A model generated the notes under the pieces. That model did no database searches. It worked only from the letters and a program-made list of their open reading frames with translations, and had not been told where the DNA came from. Made by a program: the position numbers and the translations under genes. Source: Myxococcota bacterium (lineage in GTDB: Bacteria > Myxococcota_A > UBA796 > CAJQPC01). From it: DNA of 64,000 nucleotides. Shown in pieces: positions 7,595 through 18,642 of the stretch; the first letter of the stretch is position 1; every line of letters starts with the position of its first letter. The stretch covers positions 1,283 through 65,282 of the forward strand of contig JAKLKD010000004.1 in the NCBI GenBank assembly GCA_023150845.1, given 5' to 3'.

Positions 7595-8722
7595 TCAGCT
7601 CACCTCTTCCGCCGCCCGCGCCCTCACCCACTCCACGAGCGCCTTGTCTTGGGGCGCGTTGAGCACGTTGAGCTCGGGCGCCGGGGGCAGGCCGAGGAGC
7701 GCCTGCTCGCGCAGGCGGTGGGTGCGGCGCTCGCTGTCCTCGCCGAGGCGCTCGTAGCGGATGTCCTCCTCTTCGAGGCGGATGAGGGCCTCGTACAAGG
7801 CGAGCTGGCGAGGAAGCTCTTTGCAGGCCAAGAACACGTCGACGGTGGCGGCGCAGGCCCGCGCGGCGGCCTGCTCGATGGGGAAGCGGTCGGCGACGGC
7901 CTTCATGTCCATGTCGTCAGAGAAGATGACACCCTGGAAGCCCAGCTCCCCGCGCAGGAGCTCGGCGAGCAGGCGGCGGCTCAGGGTGGCGGGGGCGTCC
8001 TCGTCGTAGGCCGGGAAGACGACATGGGCGCTCATCACGCCGGGCACCCCGGCGCGCACGGCCTCGCGGAAGGGGCGCAGCTCCATCGCCTCAAGCTGGG
8101 GGCGCTCCTTCTCGACGATGGGCAGGGTGAGGTGGCTGTCTTGGTGGGTGTCGCCGTGGCCGGGGAAGTGTTTGACGCAGGAGGTGATGCCTTCGCTCGA
8201 CGCGCCCCTCATCCAGGCCAAGAGGTGCCGGGTGACCTTCGCCGCGTCGTCGCCGAAGCTGCGGTCGCCGATCACGGGGTTCTTGGGGTTGGAGTTCACG
8301 TCGGCGCAAGGGGCCCAGTTGATGTGGAAGCCCATGGCGCGCAGCTCACGGCTGAGCCCGGCGGCGAGCTGCGCGGTGATCTTGGGGTCGTCGAGGTTGC
8401 CCAGCCAGCGCGCCGGAGGCCACAAGGTCGCCCCGCTGCGCACCCGCTGCACCCGGCCGCCCTCCTGGTCGATGGTGTGCAGGGGCGGGTGGCTCGTGGG
8501 CAGGAGGCTCGTCAGCTCGCGGTTCAGCTCCCGCACCTGGGCGGGCTCCTCGACGTTGCGGGCGAAGAGGATGAAGCCGAAGGGGCGGATCTCCCGGATG
8601 AGCTGGCGGGTGTCGTGGTCGAGCCCCGGGCCGGGCAGGCCCAAGATGAGGCGCTGACCGGCGCGGCGCTTGCGGTCGGCCAGAGACGTAGACTCCCCGA
8701 CGGCCTCGACCTTGACCCTCAT
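7595..8722 (-). CDS. nagZ: Beta-N-acetylhexosaminidase (GH3)
   Basis: ILFARN, DQEGGRV, IGDRSF, KHFPGHG...DSH, SDDMDM. Confidence 0.92.
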   Translation of the reverse strand: MRVKVEAVGESTSLADRKRRAGQRLILGLPGPGLDHDTRQLIREIRPFGFILFARNVEEPAQVRELNRELTSLLPTSHPPLHTIDQEGGRVQRVRSGATLWPPARWLGNLDDPKITAQLAAGLSRELRAMGFHINWAPCADVNSNPKNPVIGDRSFGDDAAKVTRHLLAWMRGASSEGITSCVKHFPGHGDTHQDSHLTLPIVEKERPQLEAMELRPFREAVRAGVPGVMSAHVVFPAYDEDAPATLSRRLLAELLRGELGFQGVIFSDDMDMKAVADRFPIEQAAARACAATVDVFLACKELPRQLALYEALIRLEEEDIRYERLGEDSERRTHRLREQALLGLPPAPELNVLNAPQDKALVEWVRARAAEEVS

Positions 8723-9171
8723 AAGGTCTCCTCGGCGACATCGGCGCTGGGGTCGTGGTGGGGCGCGTCGCCGTCGTGCTGGGAGAGCTCGATGAGCACG
8801 CCGCCGACGCTCTTGGGGTGGATGAACACCACCTTGGCGCCGTGGGCCCCGGGCTTGGGGGCGTCGGACAAGAAGCGGTAGCCTTTGGCCTGGAGCCGGG
8901 CCATGTCGCCGACGATGTCGTCGGTGCGGAAGCAGAGGTGGTGTACACCCTCGCCCCGGGTGCTGAGCGCCTTCGCGATGGGGCCCTCGCCGTTGAGCGG
9001 CGCGACGAGCTCGATGCGGGTGCCTTGGAGCGGGAAAAACGCCGTAGACGTCAGCTCGGTGAGCACGTCCTCGGTGCCGGTGAGGGTGAGCCCGAAGTCC
9101 TCGACGAAGCGGCGCACCGCGGCGTTGAGATCGGCGGTGGCGATCGCGACGTGATCTAGCCCGATGATCAT
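8719..9171 (-). CDS. mce: Methylmalonyl-CoA epimerase (VOC family)
   Basis: LDHVAIA, IELVAP, GEGVHHLCF, GAHG..VVFIHPKSVGGVLIEL; ATG 9171 after GGAGG. Confidence 0.9.
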   Translation of the reverse strand: MIIGLDHVAIATADLNAAVRRFVEDFGLTLTGTEDVLTELTSTAFFPLQGTRIELVAPLNGEGPIAKALSTRGEGVHHLCFRTDDIVGDMARLQAKGYRFLSDAPKPGAHGAKVVFIHPKSVGGVLIELSQHDGDAPHHDPSADVAEETL

Positions 9172-9372
9172 GCTGTGCCTCCAGAAGACGCCTTGATCCC
9201 TATCCGTTTCCCCCCTCAGAGGCCGCTCACCGACGCGCACGGGGCGTGGTAGACGCCCGCCAGCGCAGATCGCGTTAACGCGGTGTCAGGTCTTCACCTC
9301 TTTGCACGCGCGCCGGAAATGTCGGGCGCGCTTCGCCGTACTCGGGCATCGTTCGACCCTAAGGACGCCTCA

Positions 9373-10701
9373 ATGCTCCGCTCTGCTCGCCTCGTCGTCG
9401 TCTTCGCGCTCCTCTCTTTGGCTTGTTCCGGCGGCCCCGGCGGCCCCGGCGGCCCCGGCGGCGCGGGCGGAGAGGAGCAGGCCAAACGAAAGGTGGACCC
9501 TCGCACCCTGGTCACCGTCGCCCCCGTCGGGCCCGGCGAGGTCGCGGCGACCATCCAGTCCACGGGCGTCGTCGAGAGCGAGGCCCAGGCCGACCTCACC
9601 CCCGAGGCCAGCGGCACGGTGATCTCGATCTCCGTGGAGGAGGGCGACACGGTGAAGCGTGGCCAGGCGCTCGCGGTCATCGAGAACGCCAGCCTCGACG
9701 CGGCCTATGAGCGGGCGAAGGCCGAGCTGGCCCGAGCCGAGCGTGAGCTGGCCCAGGTCGAGTCCTTACACAAGCGCGGCGCGGTCTCCGACGCCGACCT
9801 CAACACCGCCCGCGACGCCCTGAACACCGCGAAGACCACCCTGGCCGAGGCCCGCAGCTCCGCCGGGCACCTCCGCCTCGTGAGCCCCATCGACGGCACC
9901 GTCGCCCTGCGGGACCTGCGCTACGGTGAGGTCGCCGGGGGCAAACGGGCGTTCCAGGTGGTGGACCTCGACCGCCTGCGCGTCGTCGTGAAGCTCCCCG
10001 AGCGTGACCTGAGCCGCCTGGAGGTCGGCCAGATCGCGACGCTCACCCCGGTGTACGACGGCGAGGTCCACGTCTCCGCCGAGCTGATCCGCCTCTCGCC
10101 GACCGTAGACGCCACCACGGGCACCGTGCGCGCTACCTTGGCCTTGCCCAAAGGGGAGCGCACCTTACGCCCGGGTCAGTTCGTGTCAGCGTCCTTAGAG
10201 ACGGAGCGCCGCCAGGCCGCCCTCGTGGTCCCCCGTGAGGCCATCGTCTACGACGACGGCCAGGCGATGGTCTATCGGGTCGCCATCGAGGAGCCCCCCA
10301 AAGAGGAGGAGGCGAAGAAGGAGGAGGGCGAAGAGGCCAAGCCCGAGGAGGCCAAGGGCTTCAGCTTCTCGTTCGGCGGCGCCCAGGGCATGCCCGAGGC
10401 CGAGGAGGAGATCGAGCTGCCCGGCCCCTACCGCATCGCCCGCAAGGTGCCCGTCGAGGTCGGGCTCAGCGATGAGGACACCACGGAGATCCTGAGCGGC
10501 CTCAAGCCCGGCGACGAGGTGGTCATCGTCGGCCAGGCGAACCTGCGCGACGGCGCCCGGGTGCGCCTTGAGGCCGACCCTCGGCTGGAGGACGTGATCG
10601 CTGAAGCGGAGGCCAAGAAGAAGGCCGAGGCCGAGAAGGCTGAAGGCGCTGACAAAGACGGCGCCAAGGAGGCCGACAAGGCCGAAGGTGAGGAGGGATG
10701 A
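9373..10701 (+). CDS. RND efflux periplasmic adaptor (membrane fusion lipoprotein)
   Basis: Lipobox LSLAC; V.EGD.VK.GQ.L, SPIDG, LRPGQF, GLKPGD.VV motifs. Confidence 0.92.
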   Translation: MLRSARLVVVFALLSLACSGGPGGPGGPGGAGGEEQAKRKVDPRTLVTVAPVGPGEVAATIQSTGVVESEAQADLTPEASGTVISISVEEGDTVKRGQALAVIENASLDAAYERAKAELARAERELAQVESLHKRGAVSDADLNTARDALNTAKTTLAEARSSAGHLRLVSPIDGTVALRDLRYGEVAGGKRAFQVVDLDRLRVVVKLPERDLSRLEVGQIATLTPVYDGEVHVSAELIRLSPTVDATTGTVRATLALPKGERTLRPGQFVSASLETERRQAALVVPREAIVYDDGQAMVYRVAIEEPPKEEEAKKEEGEEAKPEEAKGFSFSFGGAQGMPEAEEEIELPGPYRIARKVPVEVGLSDEDTTEILSGLKPGDEVVIVGQANLRDGARVRLEADPRLEDVIAEAEAKKKAEAEKAEGADKDGAKEADKAEGEEG

Positions 10702-13700
10702 GCCTCCCACCGCCCCCCGAGCGGCCCCAGGAGGGCTTCTACGGGTTTCTTGTGGACCGGCCGCTGGCCGTGCTCATGGTCTTCGTGGCCGTGGCGGTCT
10801 TCGGCTGGGTGTCCTACGGCCAGCTCCCGCTGAACCTGATGCCCGACCTGAGCTACCCGACGCTCACCGTGCGCACGGAGTACCCTGGCGCGGCCCCGGA
10901 GGAGGTCGAGAGCCAGGTCTCCCGACGGGTGGAGGAGGCGCTCTCGACGGCGGACGGCCTCTTGAGCATCGAGTCCCGCAGCCGGGCGGAGCGCAGCGAC
11001 GTGATCCTGGAGTTCAACTGGGGCACGGACATGAGCGCCGCCGCCCAGTCCGTGCGGGAGCAGCTCCAGACGAGCACCTTCGGCGACGACGTGGGCCGCC
11101 CGCTCATCCTGCGCTACGACCCCACGCTGGACCCCATCCTGCGCATCGCGCTCTCGGTGAAGCCCGACGCCGCCGAGCAGGTCTCGCTCTTCGCCCTGCG
11201 TGAGCTGGCCGAGGACGAGGTCAAGCGCGCCATCGAGACCCTCGACGGCGTGGCCGCGGTGCGGGTGCGCGGCGGCTTAGAGCGCCAGGTGCTCATCGAG
11301 GCCCGGGAGGACTGGCTCGTCGCCCGGGGCGTCACCTTGGCCCAGCTCCAGTCCACGCTCACCGCCGAGAACGTGAACATCGCCGGGGGCTCGATCCGGG
11401 AGGGCGAGACGGAGTACCTGCTCCGCACGCTCAACGAGATCGACGACCTCGACGAGCTCCGCCGCCTGCGGGTGCGCCGCGCCGACGGCCAGTCCGTGCC
11501 GCTCTCCGAGCTCGCCATCGTGCGGGAGACCTACAAGGACCGCCAGGTCATCTCCCACCTCGACGGCCAAGAGGCGGTCGAGCTGGAGGTCTTTAAGGAG
11601 GCCGACGCGAACATCGTCTCCGTGGCCCGGCGGGTGAAGGCCTGGCTCGGGGAGGAGGGCGGCGCCGAGCCGATGCCCGGCATGGAGGGCATGGACATCC
11701 CCGGCCTCACCGCCGAGACCTTCGCCGATCGCCTGCCTGAAGGGGTGACCTTCGCCGTGCTCGACGACCAGGCGGCCTTCATCGAGGACGCGATCAACAA
11801 CCTCGGCGACACCGCCGTGCAGGGCGGCCTGCTCGCTATCCTCATCCTGTTCTTGTTCCTCCGCGACTTCTCGGCCACCCGCATCATCGCCATCGCCATC
11901 CCCATCTCCATCGTGAGCGCCTTCGCGCCGATGTACCTGGGCGGCGTGTCCTTGAACCTCATGTCGCTCGGCGGCCTGGCCCTGGGCGTCGGCATGTTGG
12001 TGGACAACTCCGTCGTCGTGCTGGAGGCGATCACGGTGTACCGCGAGGCCGGGTGGAGCCGCCGCGAGGCCGCCATCGCCGGGAGCGCCGAGGTCGCCGC
12101 CGCCGTGGTGGCCTCGACGCTCACCACCGTCGCCGTGTTCTTGCCCATCGTCTTCGTCGATGGTGTCGCCGGGCAGATCTTCGGGGATCTCGCGCTGACC
12201 GTCGTCTACTCCTTGCTGGCGTCCTTGGCTGTGGCGCTCTTTCTGGTGCCCGTGCTCGCCGCCCGGGACTTCGGCCTCGACGGGGAGGCCGAGAGCTTCC
12301 AGAGCCTCGTGCGGGCGCCGCTCTCCGGGCCCAAGACGCTCCGCGAGAACCTCGCCTGGATGTGGGAGAAGAAGGCGCGGCTGCTCCTGGCGCCGGTGAT
12401 CTTGGGCCGCGATCTGGCCTGGATCGTCGTCGAGCTGTGCGCGCGGCTCATCTTGGCAGTTACTGCCATTGGGGTGTGGATCGGCGCGCGGATCTGGGGC
12501 CTCGTCGTGCCGCGCCTCGCCGCGCTGAGCCTCCGGGTCGCCACCTGGTTTGGCCGGGCCTGGGATCGGTTCGCCGAGGCCTACCCGCCTCTGCTCACCC
12601 GCCTCGTCGCCCAGCCGACGGCGGCGCTCTCCGTGGGCCTCTTCGCCTTCGTCGTGGCGATGTTGGCCTGGGGCCGCCTCGGCCGGGAGCTCATCCCCGA
12701 GGTCCACCAGGGGCGCTTCACCTTAGAGATGAGCCTGCCCGTCGGCACGCCCCTGGACCGCACCGAGGAGGTGATCTCGTCGGTGGAGGCCCTGGTGCTC
12801 AACCACCCCGAGGTGGCGCGGGTGTACTCGGCCATCGGCAGCGACGGCCGCAGCGACGCCCGGCCCGACGAGGGTGAGCACACCGCGCGTATCCTCGTGC
12901 AGCTCACCCCCGGCGGTGACCTCGCCGCCCGGGAGGCCGCCACCCTGGAGGACCTCCGCGCCCAGCTCAAGCAGGCCAGCTCGGCGAGCGTGAAGGCCAG
13001 CGCCCCGGCCCTGTTCTCGTTCAGCACGCCCGTCGAGGTGCTGGTCTTCGGGCCGGAGCTCGACGAGCTGCGCCGCGCCTCCGCCGAGGTCGTGTCTCGC
13101 CTGGAGGGCGTCGAGGGCCTGCGTGACGTGCGCTCGTCCCTCGTCGCGGGCTTCCCCGAGGTGCGCCTGCGTTATGACCGCGCGCTCATGGACCGCTTCG
13201 GGCTCTCGACCTCCTCCGTCGCCGCCGCCCTGCGGGACAAGATCCAGGGCGTCGAGGCCACCCGCATGAGCCGGGGTGAGAAGCGCGTGGACATGGTCGT
13301 GCGGCTGGTGGAGGCCGACCGCGCCTCTTTGGCCGACCTGGAGCGGGTCAACGTGAACCCGAACCTCGACCCGCCGATCCCCCTGAGCGCCGTCGCGATC
13401 TTGGAGTCCGCCGAGGGCCCGAGCGAGGTGCGCCGGGTGGACCAGCGCCGGGCCGCGGTGATCACCGCGAACCTGGAGGGCTTCGACCTCAACGCCGCCC
13501 GCGAGGGCATCGCCCAGGCCTTGGTGGGCCTCGACCTGGAGCCCGGCTACTCGTACACCCTGGCCGGTCAGGCCGAAGAGATGGACCGCAGCCTCGACGC
13601 CATGGTCTTCGCGCTCTTGCTCGCGGTGTTCTTGGTCTACGTCATCATGGCGAGCACCTTCGAGAGCCTGGTGCACCCCTTCATCATCCTGTTCACCGTG

Positions 13701-14132
13701 CCTATGGCCGCGGTGGGGGTGCTCCCGGCCTTGCTGCTCACGGGCACGCCGCTCTCGGTAGTGGCCTTCATCGGCGTCATCGTGCTCGCGGGCGTGGTGG
13801 TGAACAACGCCATCGTGCTCGTGGACCGCATCAACCGCGGCCGGGAGCTGGGCGAGTCCTTGGAGGAGGCCGTCGTGGCCTCGGGCCGGGCGCGGCTGCG
13901 GCCCATCTTCATCACCACGGCGACGACGGTGATCGGCCTCTTGCCGCTCTCCTTGGGCTTCGGCGCCGGGGCGGAGCTGCAGCAGCCCCTCGCTGTGACG
14001 GTCATCGCGGGCCTCTCGGCCTCGACCCTGCTCACCTTGCTCGTGATCCCGGCGATCTACCTGCTCATCGAGCGGCTGCGGACCCCGGCGACGGCGACGG
14101 CCCCCGCCGAGCCGATCGAGAGCGCCCCATGA
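10698..14132 (+). CDS. RND efflux permease 1 (AcrB/MdtB-like)
   Basis: YPGAAPEEVE, GMLVDNSVVVLE, GVVVNNAIVL, RLRPI; ATGA overlap with the adaptor gene. Confidence 0.95.
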   Translation: MSLPPPPERPQEGFYGFLVDRPLAVLMVFVAVAVFGWVSYGQLPLNLMPDLSYPTLTVRTEYPGAAPEEVESQVSRRVEEALSTADGLLSIESRSRAERSDVILEFNWGTDMSAAAQSVREQLQTSTFGDDVGRPLILRYDPTLDPILRIALSVKPDAAEQVSLFALRELAEDEVKRAIETLDGVAAVRVRGGLERQVLIEAREDWLVARGVTLAQLQSTLTAENVNIAGGSIREGETEYLLRTLNEIDDLDELRRLRVRRADGQSVPLSELAIVRETYKDRQVISHLDGQEAVELEVFKEADANIVSVARRVKAWLGEEGGAEPMPGMEGMDIPGLTAETFADRLPEGVTFAVLDDQAAFIEDAINNLGDTAVQGGLLAILILFLFLRDFSATRIIAIAIPISIVSAFAPMYLGGVSLNLMSLGGLALGVGMLVDNSVVVLEAITVYREAGWSRREAAIAGSAEVAAAVVASTLTTVAVFLPIVFVDGVAGQIFGDLALTVVYSLLASLAVALFLVPVLAARDFGLDGEAESFQSLVRAPLSGPKTLRENLAWMWEKKARLLLAPVILGRDLAWIVVELCARLILAVTAIGVWIGARIWGLVVPRLAALSLRVATWFGRAWDRFAEAYPPLLTRLVAQPTAALSVGLFAFVVAMLAWGRLGRELIPEVHQGRFTLEMSLPVGTPLDRTEEVISSVEALVLNHPEVARVYSAIGSDGRSDARPDEGEHTARILVQLTPGGDLAAREAATLEDLRAQLKQASSASVKASAPALFSFSTPVEVLVFGPELDELRRASAEVVSRLEGVEGLRDVRSSLVAGFPEVRLRYDRALMDRFGLSTSSVAAALRDKIQGVEATRMSRGEKRVDMVVRLVEADRASLADLERVNVNPNLDPPIPLSAVAILESAEGPSEVRRVDQRRAAVITANLEGFDLNAAREGIAQALVGLDLEPGYSYTLAGQAEEMDRSLDAMVFALLLAVFLVYVIMASTFESLVHPFIILFTVPMAAVGVLPALLLTGTPLSVVAFIGVIVLAGVVVNNAIVLVDRINRGRELGESLEEAVVASGRARLRPIFITTATTVIGLLPLSLGFGAGAELQQPLAVTVIAGLSASTLLTLLVIPAIYLLIERLRTPATATAPAEPIESAP

Positions 14133-17100
14133 GGAACTGGCTCCCCGCCTTGGCCGTGCGCCACCCGGTCACGGTGCTGATGACCTTCTTGGCCACGCTG
14201 GTGCTCGGGGCCCTGGCCTACGCCCGGATCCCGCTCCAGATGATGCCCTCGGGCTTCACCGCGCCTTACATCTGGGTGCAGGTGCCCTGGGTGAACGCCA
14301 CACCTTCGGAGATCGACACCCAGCTCGTGGACCCCGTCGAGGGCCAGCTCTCCACCGTGCCAGGCATCAAGACGCTCGGCTCCGACGCCCGGGCGGGCTC
14401 GGCGAGCTTCTCGATGGAGTTCCACCAGTCCGTTGACCTGGACGAGGCCTACAACTCCGTCGCCGACCGCCTGGAGCGCGTGCTCCCCGAGCTGCCCGAA
14501 GGCGTCGATCAGTACGGCATCTTCCGGTTCAACCCCAGCGACGAGCCCGTGCTCTGGGCCGGGGTGACCTTCTCCAAGGACGTCGAGGACAAGTACCGCC
14601 TGCTCCACGAGAAGGTGCTGCCCCGCCTGGAGCGGGTGCCCGGCGTGGCCCGCATCGACGTGTGGGGCATCGACGAGAAGCAGGTCTTCATCGACTTCGA
14701 CCGTGAGGCGCTGGCCGCCTACAAGCTCGACCTCGGCGCCGTGGTCGCGGCCTTAGGCGCCGACAACTTCCAGCTCGCCTCGGGGCGCATCGAGGACGCC
14801 GGGCAGGTGCGTTTTGTGCGGTCCTTGGCCCGCTACGAGGCGATCTCCGACCTCGCCGCCCGGCCCGTGGCCCCGAACGTCACCCTGGACGACGTGGCCG
14901 AGATCAACTACCGCGTCGAGCGTGAGGCGAGCATCAACCGCGTGAACGGCGACGACGCCGTGGCTTTGGGCATCAGCAAGGAGTCCAACGCCAACACCGT
15001 CGAGGTCTGCCGGGAGGTGCTCAAGGTCGTCGAAGAGATGAAGGCCGACCCCGAGTTCGCCGGGTTCGACTTCTTCGCCTTCTTCAACCAAGGTGAGCTG
15101 ATTCAGGGCAGCGTCGACACGCTCCTGGAGAGCGCGGGCTACGGCGGGCTGTTCGCCGTGCTCGTGCTCATCGTGTTCTTGCGGGAGCTCAAGGTCACCA
15201 CGCTCATCGCCACGGCGATCCCGCTGTCCTTGTTGATGACGGTGACGGTGCTCTACTTTGTGGGCGACTCCTTGAACCTCCTGTCGCTCATGGGCCTGAT
15301 GATCGCGACGGGCATGGTGGTGGACAACTCCATCGTGGTCGTGGAGACGATCTACCGGCGGCGGCAGCTCGGCGAGGCCCGGGACGTGGCGGCCATCGAG
15401 GGCACCGGCGAGGTCAACCTCGCCATCGTGCTCTCGACAGCGACGACGATGGTCGTGTTTCTGCCGATCATCCTGATGAGCGAGGACGCGATGTTCTCGT
15501 TCTTCATGGGCTCCTTGGGCTTCCCCATCGTGTTCGCTTTGGCCGCGAGCCTCGTCGTGGCGCTGATCTTCACCCCCGTCGCCACCGCCGTGCTCCAGGG
15601 CGGCGAGGTCAGCGACGACCCGCCTTGGGTGGGCCGGATGAGCGCCTGGCACCAGCGGGGGATGCGCTGGGTGCTCACGAGGCGCTTTGACGCGGCCTTG
15701 GGCGTGCTGGGCGTGATCTTCTTGACCATCGTCCTGCCCTTCCAGAAGGTCGGCTGCACGGACCAGGCCAAGGGCGGGATGAACGACTTCTCGATCCGCT
15801 ACGACCTGCCCAACACCTTCAGCTTCGCCGACAAGGTGGCCACGGTGGACGCCATCGAGGCCGTCTTGGAGGAGCACCGGGAGGAGTGGGGCCTGCGGGT
15901 GTACCGCAGCCGGGTGAGCGCGGGCTCGATCCGGGGCAGCACCTACGTCTACATCCTCGAAGACTACGAGGACATGACCCCGGAGGAGGTCCAAGAGGCC
16001 GCCCTGGCCAAGATGCCCGACCTGCCCGGCGTGCAGATCTACTCGGGCTACGGCAGCCAAGGCGAAGAGAGCACCAACACCCTCAACCTCTCCATCACCG
16101 GCCAAGACAGCGACACGCTCCTGCGGCTCGCCGAGGAGGTCGTGCGGCGCCTGCGCCTGACCCCCGGGGTGAAGGGCGCCGAGGTGCCGCTGGAGGAGGA
16201 GGGCAGCGACGAGCTGCGGCTCAGCGTGGATCGGGACGTGGCGGCGCGCTACGGCCTCGACGCCCAGGCCATCGGGCGCACCCTGGCCTTCGCGATGCGC
16301 GGGACGTCATTGCCCGCCCTGCACTTGGGCGCCAAGGAGGTCTCGGTGTACGCGCGCTTCTCGGCGGACGACCGGGACAGCGTCGACACCTTGCGCGACT
16401 TCTCCGTGGCGAGCCCGCTCACCGGGGAGTCCGTGCCCCTGCGCGCGCTGACCGACGTGGTGCCCGCCCGGGGCTTCCGCTCCATCCACCGCGAGGACCG
16501 CCAGACGAGCGTGCCGATCTCCGTCGAGCTCCCCGAGGACATGCGCCTCGACGAGGGCTTCGCCCTGGTGAACGCGGCGACGGCGGACATGGAGTTCCCC
16601 CGGGGCTACGGCATCGACAAGGGCGACCGCTGGATGGACCAGATGGAGAGCGACAGCGCGCGCAACATGGCGCTCCTGCTCTCGGTGGTGTTCGTCTTCT
16701 TGTTGATGGGCTTCCTCTTCGAGAGCCTGCTCTTGCCGATGGCGATCCTCTCCACCATCCCGATGGCGCTCATCGGCGTGTACTGGACGCTCTACCTCAC
16801 GGGCACCCCGCTCGACGTGATGGGCGGCGTGGGCCTCGTCGTGCTCATCGGCGTGGTCGTCAACAACGGCATCGTGCTCATCGACCTCGTCACCCAGCTC
16901 CGCGCCGAGGGCCTCACCCGGGAGGAGGCCTTGCTCCAGGCCGGGGAGCGCCGCCTGCGCCCGGTGCTCATGACCGCCTTGACCACCATCGTCGGCCTCA
17001 TGCCGATGTGCCTCGGCTCCGACACCTTCATCGGCATCCCCTACGCGCCGCTCGGCCGGGTGATCGCCGGGGGCATGGCGGCCTCGACGGTCTTGACCCT

Positions 17101-17206
17101 GTTCTTTGTGCCTTACTGCTACACCCTCCTCGACGACCTTCGTGAGACGGCCACACGAATCCTGCGATTCGGAACCCAGGGCCGCCCCGCGTCGGAGACC
17201 CCATGA
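14129..17206 (+). CDS. RND efflux permease 2 (heteromeric MdtBC-like partner)
   Basis: GMVVDNSIVVVE, GVVVNNGIVL, RLRPVLMT; ATGA overlap. Confidence 0.95.
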   Translation: MRNWLPALAVRHPVTVLMTFLATLVLGALAYARIPLQMMPSGFTAPYIWVQVPWVNATPSEIDTQLVDPVEGQLSTVPGIKTLGSDARAGSASFSMEFHQSVDLDEAYNSVADRLERVLPELPEGVDQYGIFRFNPSDEPVLWAGVTFSKDVEDKYRLLHEKVLPRLERVPGVARIDVWGIDEKQVFIDFDREALAAYKLDLGAVVAALGADNFQLASGRIEDAGQVRFVRSLARYEAISDLAARPVAPNVTLDDVAEINYRVEREASINRVNGDDAVALGISKESNANTVEVCREVLKVVEEMKADPEFAGFDFFAFFNQGELIQGSVDTLLESAGYGGLFAVLVLIVFLRELKVTTLIATAIPLSLLMTVTVLYFVGDSLNLLSLMGLMIATGMVVDNSIVVVETIYRRRQLGEARDVAAIEGTGEVNLAIVLSTATTMVVFLPIILMSEDAMFSFFMGSLGFPIVFALAASLVVALIFTPVATAVLQGGEVSDDPPWVGRMSAWHQRGMRWVLTRRFDAALGVLGVIFLTIVLPFQKVGCTDQAKGGMNDFSIRYDLPNTFSFADKVATVDAIEAVLEEHREEWGLRVYRSRVSAGSIRGSTYVYILEDYEDMTPEEVQEAALAKMPDLPGVQIYSGYGSQGEESTNTLNLSITGQDSDTLLRLAEEVVRRLRLTPGVKGAEVPLEEEGSDELRLSVDRDVAARYGLDAQAIGRTLAFAMRGTSLPALHLGAKEVSVYARFSADDRDSVDTLRDFSVASPLTGESVPLRALTDVVPARGFRSIHREDRQTSVPISVELPEDMRLDEGFALVNAATADMEFPRGYGIDKGDRWMDQMESDSARNMALLLSVVFVFLLMGFLFESLLLPMAILSTIPMALIGVYWTLYLTGTPLDVMGGVGLVVLIGVVVNNGIVLIDLVTQLRAEGLTREEALLQAGERRLRPVLMTALTTIVGLMPMCLGSDTFIGIPYAPLGRVIAGGMAASTVLTLFFVPYCYTLLDDLRETATRILRFGTQGRPASETP

Positions 17207-18642
17207 CCCTCCTCGCCCTGCTCCTCCTCCCCAGCGTCGCCCAGGCGATGACCTACGACGAGGCCCTGCGCCTCGCCGAGCAGAACAACCCCGACCTGCG
17301 GATCGCCGCCGCCCAGCGCGACGCGGCGAAGGGCGGCTACCTCGCCTCCCAGGCGAGCTGGGACCCGCAGCTCAACGCCGGGGTCAACCGCCCGGTGAGC
17401 ACGGACCAGAACTTCGCCAACGGCTTCACCTACAAGCTCAGCTCGTCCACCTTGGCCTGGAACGTCGGCCTCGGCCAGAACCTGCCGACGGGCACGAGCT
17501 GGGACCTCGCGGTCTCCGGCTCGGAGACCTCCATCGACGACCTGGAGATCTTCGGCACGAGCGCCGAGGGCTTCAACAACCTGCGCATGTCGTCGAACCT
17601 CAGCGTCAGCCAGCAGCTCCTCAAGGGCTGGCGGATGTCGTACAACATGCGCTCGGTGATCAGCGCCGAGTCGAACCTCAGCCAGGCCGAGGCGAACCTG
17701 CTCCAGCAGCGGCAGACGACCCTGGCGAACGTCGCGACGCTCTACTGGGACCTCTACGCCGCCGGGGCCACCCTCACCGTGTCCGAGGAGGCCGTGCGGG
17801 TGGCGACGGAGGAGCAGCGCATCGTGCAGGCGATGCTCGACGTCGGCAAGGTCGCCCCGGTGGAGCGCACCCGGGTAGACGCCGCCTTGGCCCAGGCCGA
17901 GATCAACCTCATCGACGCCCAGTCGGCCTACGCCTTGGCCTCGGATCAGCTCGCCCTGGCGCTGAACCTGCCCCTGGGCCAGCCCCTCACCGCGGACAGC
18001 GAGCCCAGCGACGCCCCGGACGGGGTGCGGGTGCCCGTAGACGAGGCCATCGAGGCTGCCATGGCGGCGAACCCCGGGCTCTACGCCGCGCGTATCACCG
18101 CCGAGAACGCCGAGCGCGCCTACCAGAACGCCCGCCACGGCCTCTTGCCTACACTCTCCGTGAGCGCGAGCTACGGCCTGCAGTCGTTCAAGGACTCGTC
18201 CCAAGGCGACGACGTGACCTACTCCGCCTCGTTTAAGGACCTCGCCGCCCGGGAGCTTCCCAGCCAGAGCGTCGGGGTGAACCTCTCGATGCCCCTGGCG
18301 AACCGCGCCGCCCGCGGCGACGTGATGAGCCAGTCCGCGGCCTTGACCCAGGCGAAGATCAACCTCGAGACGAGCGAGCGCAACATCGCCCAGCAGGTCG
18401 CGATGAACGTGCGCACCGTCGAGAGCGCCGCACGAAAGGTCGATCTCGCCGCCTTAAACCTCCAGCTCGCTGAAGAGACCCTCGCCGCCGAGAAGGCCAA
18501 ACAAGAGGCCGGCCGCGCCATCGAGAAGGACGTGCTCACCGCCATCTCGTCCCGGGATCAGGCCGCGGTGAACCTCGCCCGCACGAAGGCCGACTACCAG
18601 AAGGCCGTGGTCGCCCTGGAGGCGCTGCAAGGGAAGCTGTGA
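17203..18642 (+). CDS. TolC-family outer membrane efflux protein
   Basis: Signal peptide; ALRLAEQNNPDL and AAMAANPGL repeats, LPTLSVSASY; last gene of the RND operon. Confidence 0.92.
   Translation: MTLLALLLLPSVAQAMTYDEALRLAEQNNPDLRIAAAQRDAAKGGYLASQASWDPQLNAGVNRPVSTDQNFANGFTYKLSSSTLAWNVGLGQNLPTGTSWDLAVSGSETSIDDLEIFGTSAEGFNNLRMSSNLSVSQQLLKGWRMSYNMRSVISAESNLSQAEANLLQQRQTTLANVATLYWDLYAAGATLTVSEEAVRVATEEQRIVQAMLDVGKVAPVERTRVDAALAQAEINLIDAQSAYALASDQLALALNLPLGQPLTADSEPSDAPDGVRVPVDEAIEAAMAANPGLYAARITAENAERAYQNARHGLLPTLSVSASYGLQSFKDSSQGDDVTYSASFKDLAARELPSQSVGVNLSMPLANRAARGDVMSQSAALTQAKINLETSERNIAQQVAMNVRTVESAARKVDLAALNLQLAEETLAAEKAKQEAGRAIEKDVLTAISSRDQAAVNLARTKADYQKAVVALEALQGKL

Noticed and set aside
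9430-9462. (GGCGGCCCC)x3 as a phase-variable repeat
   Set aside because: 9-bp unit, frame-preserving, encodes a GGP linker after the lipobox.
9373-18642. Two tandem RND permeases as a novelty
   Set aside because: Heteromeric MdtABC-type organisation with TolC is well known.
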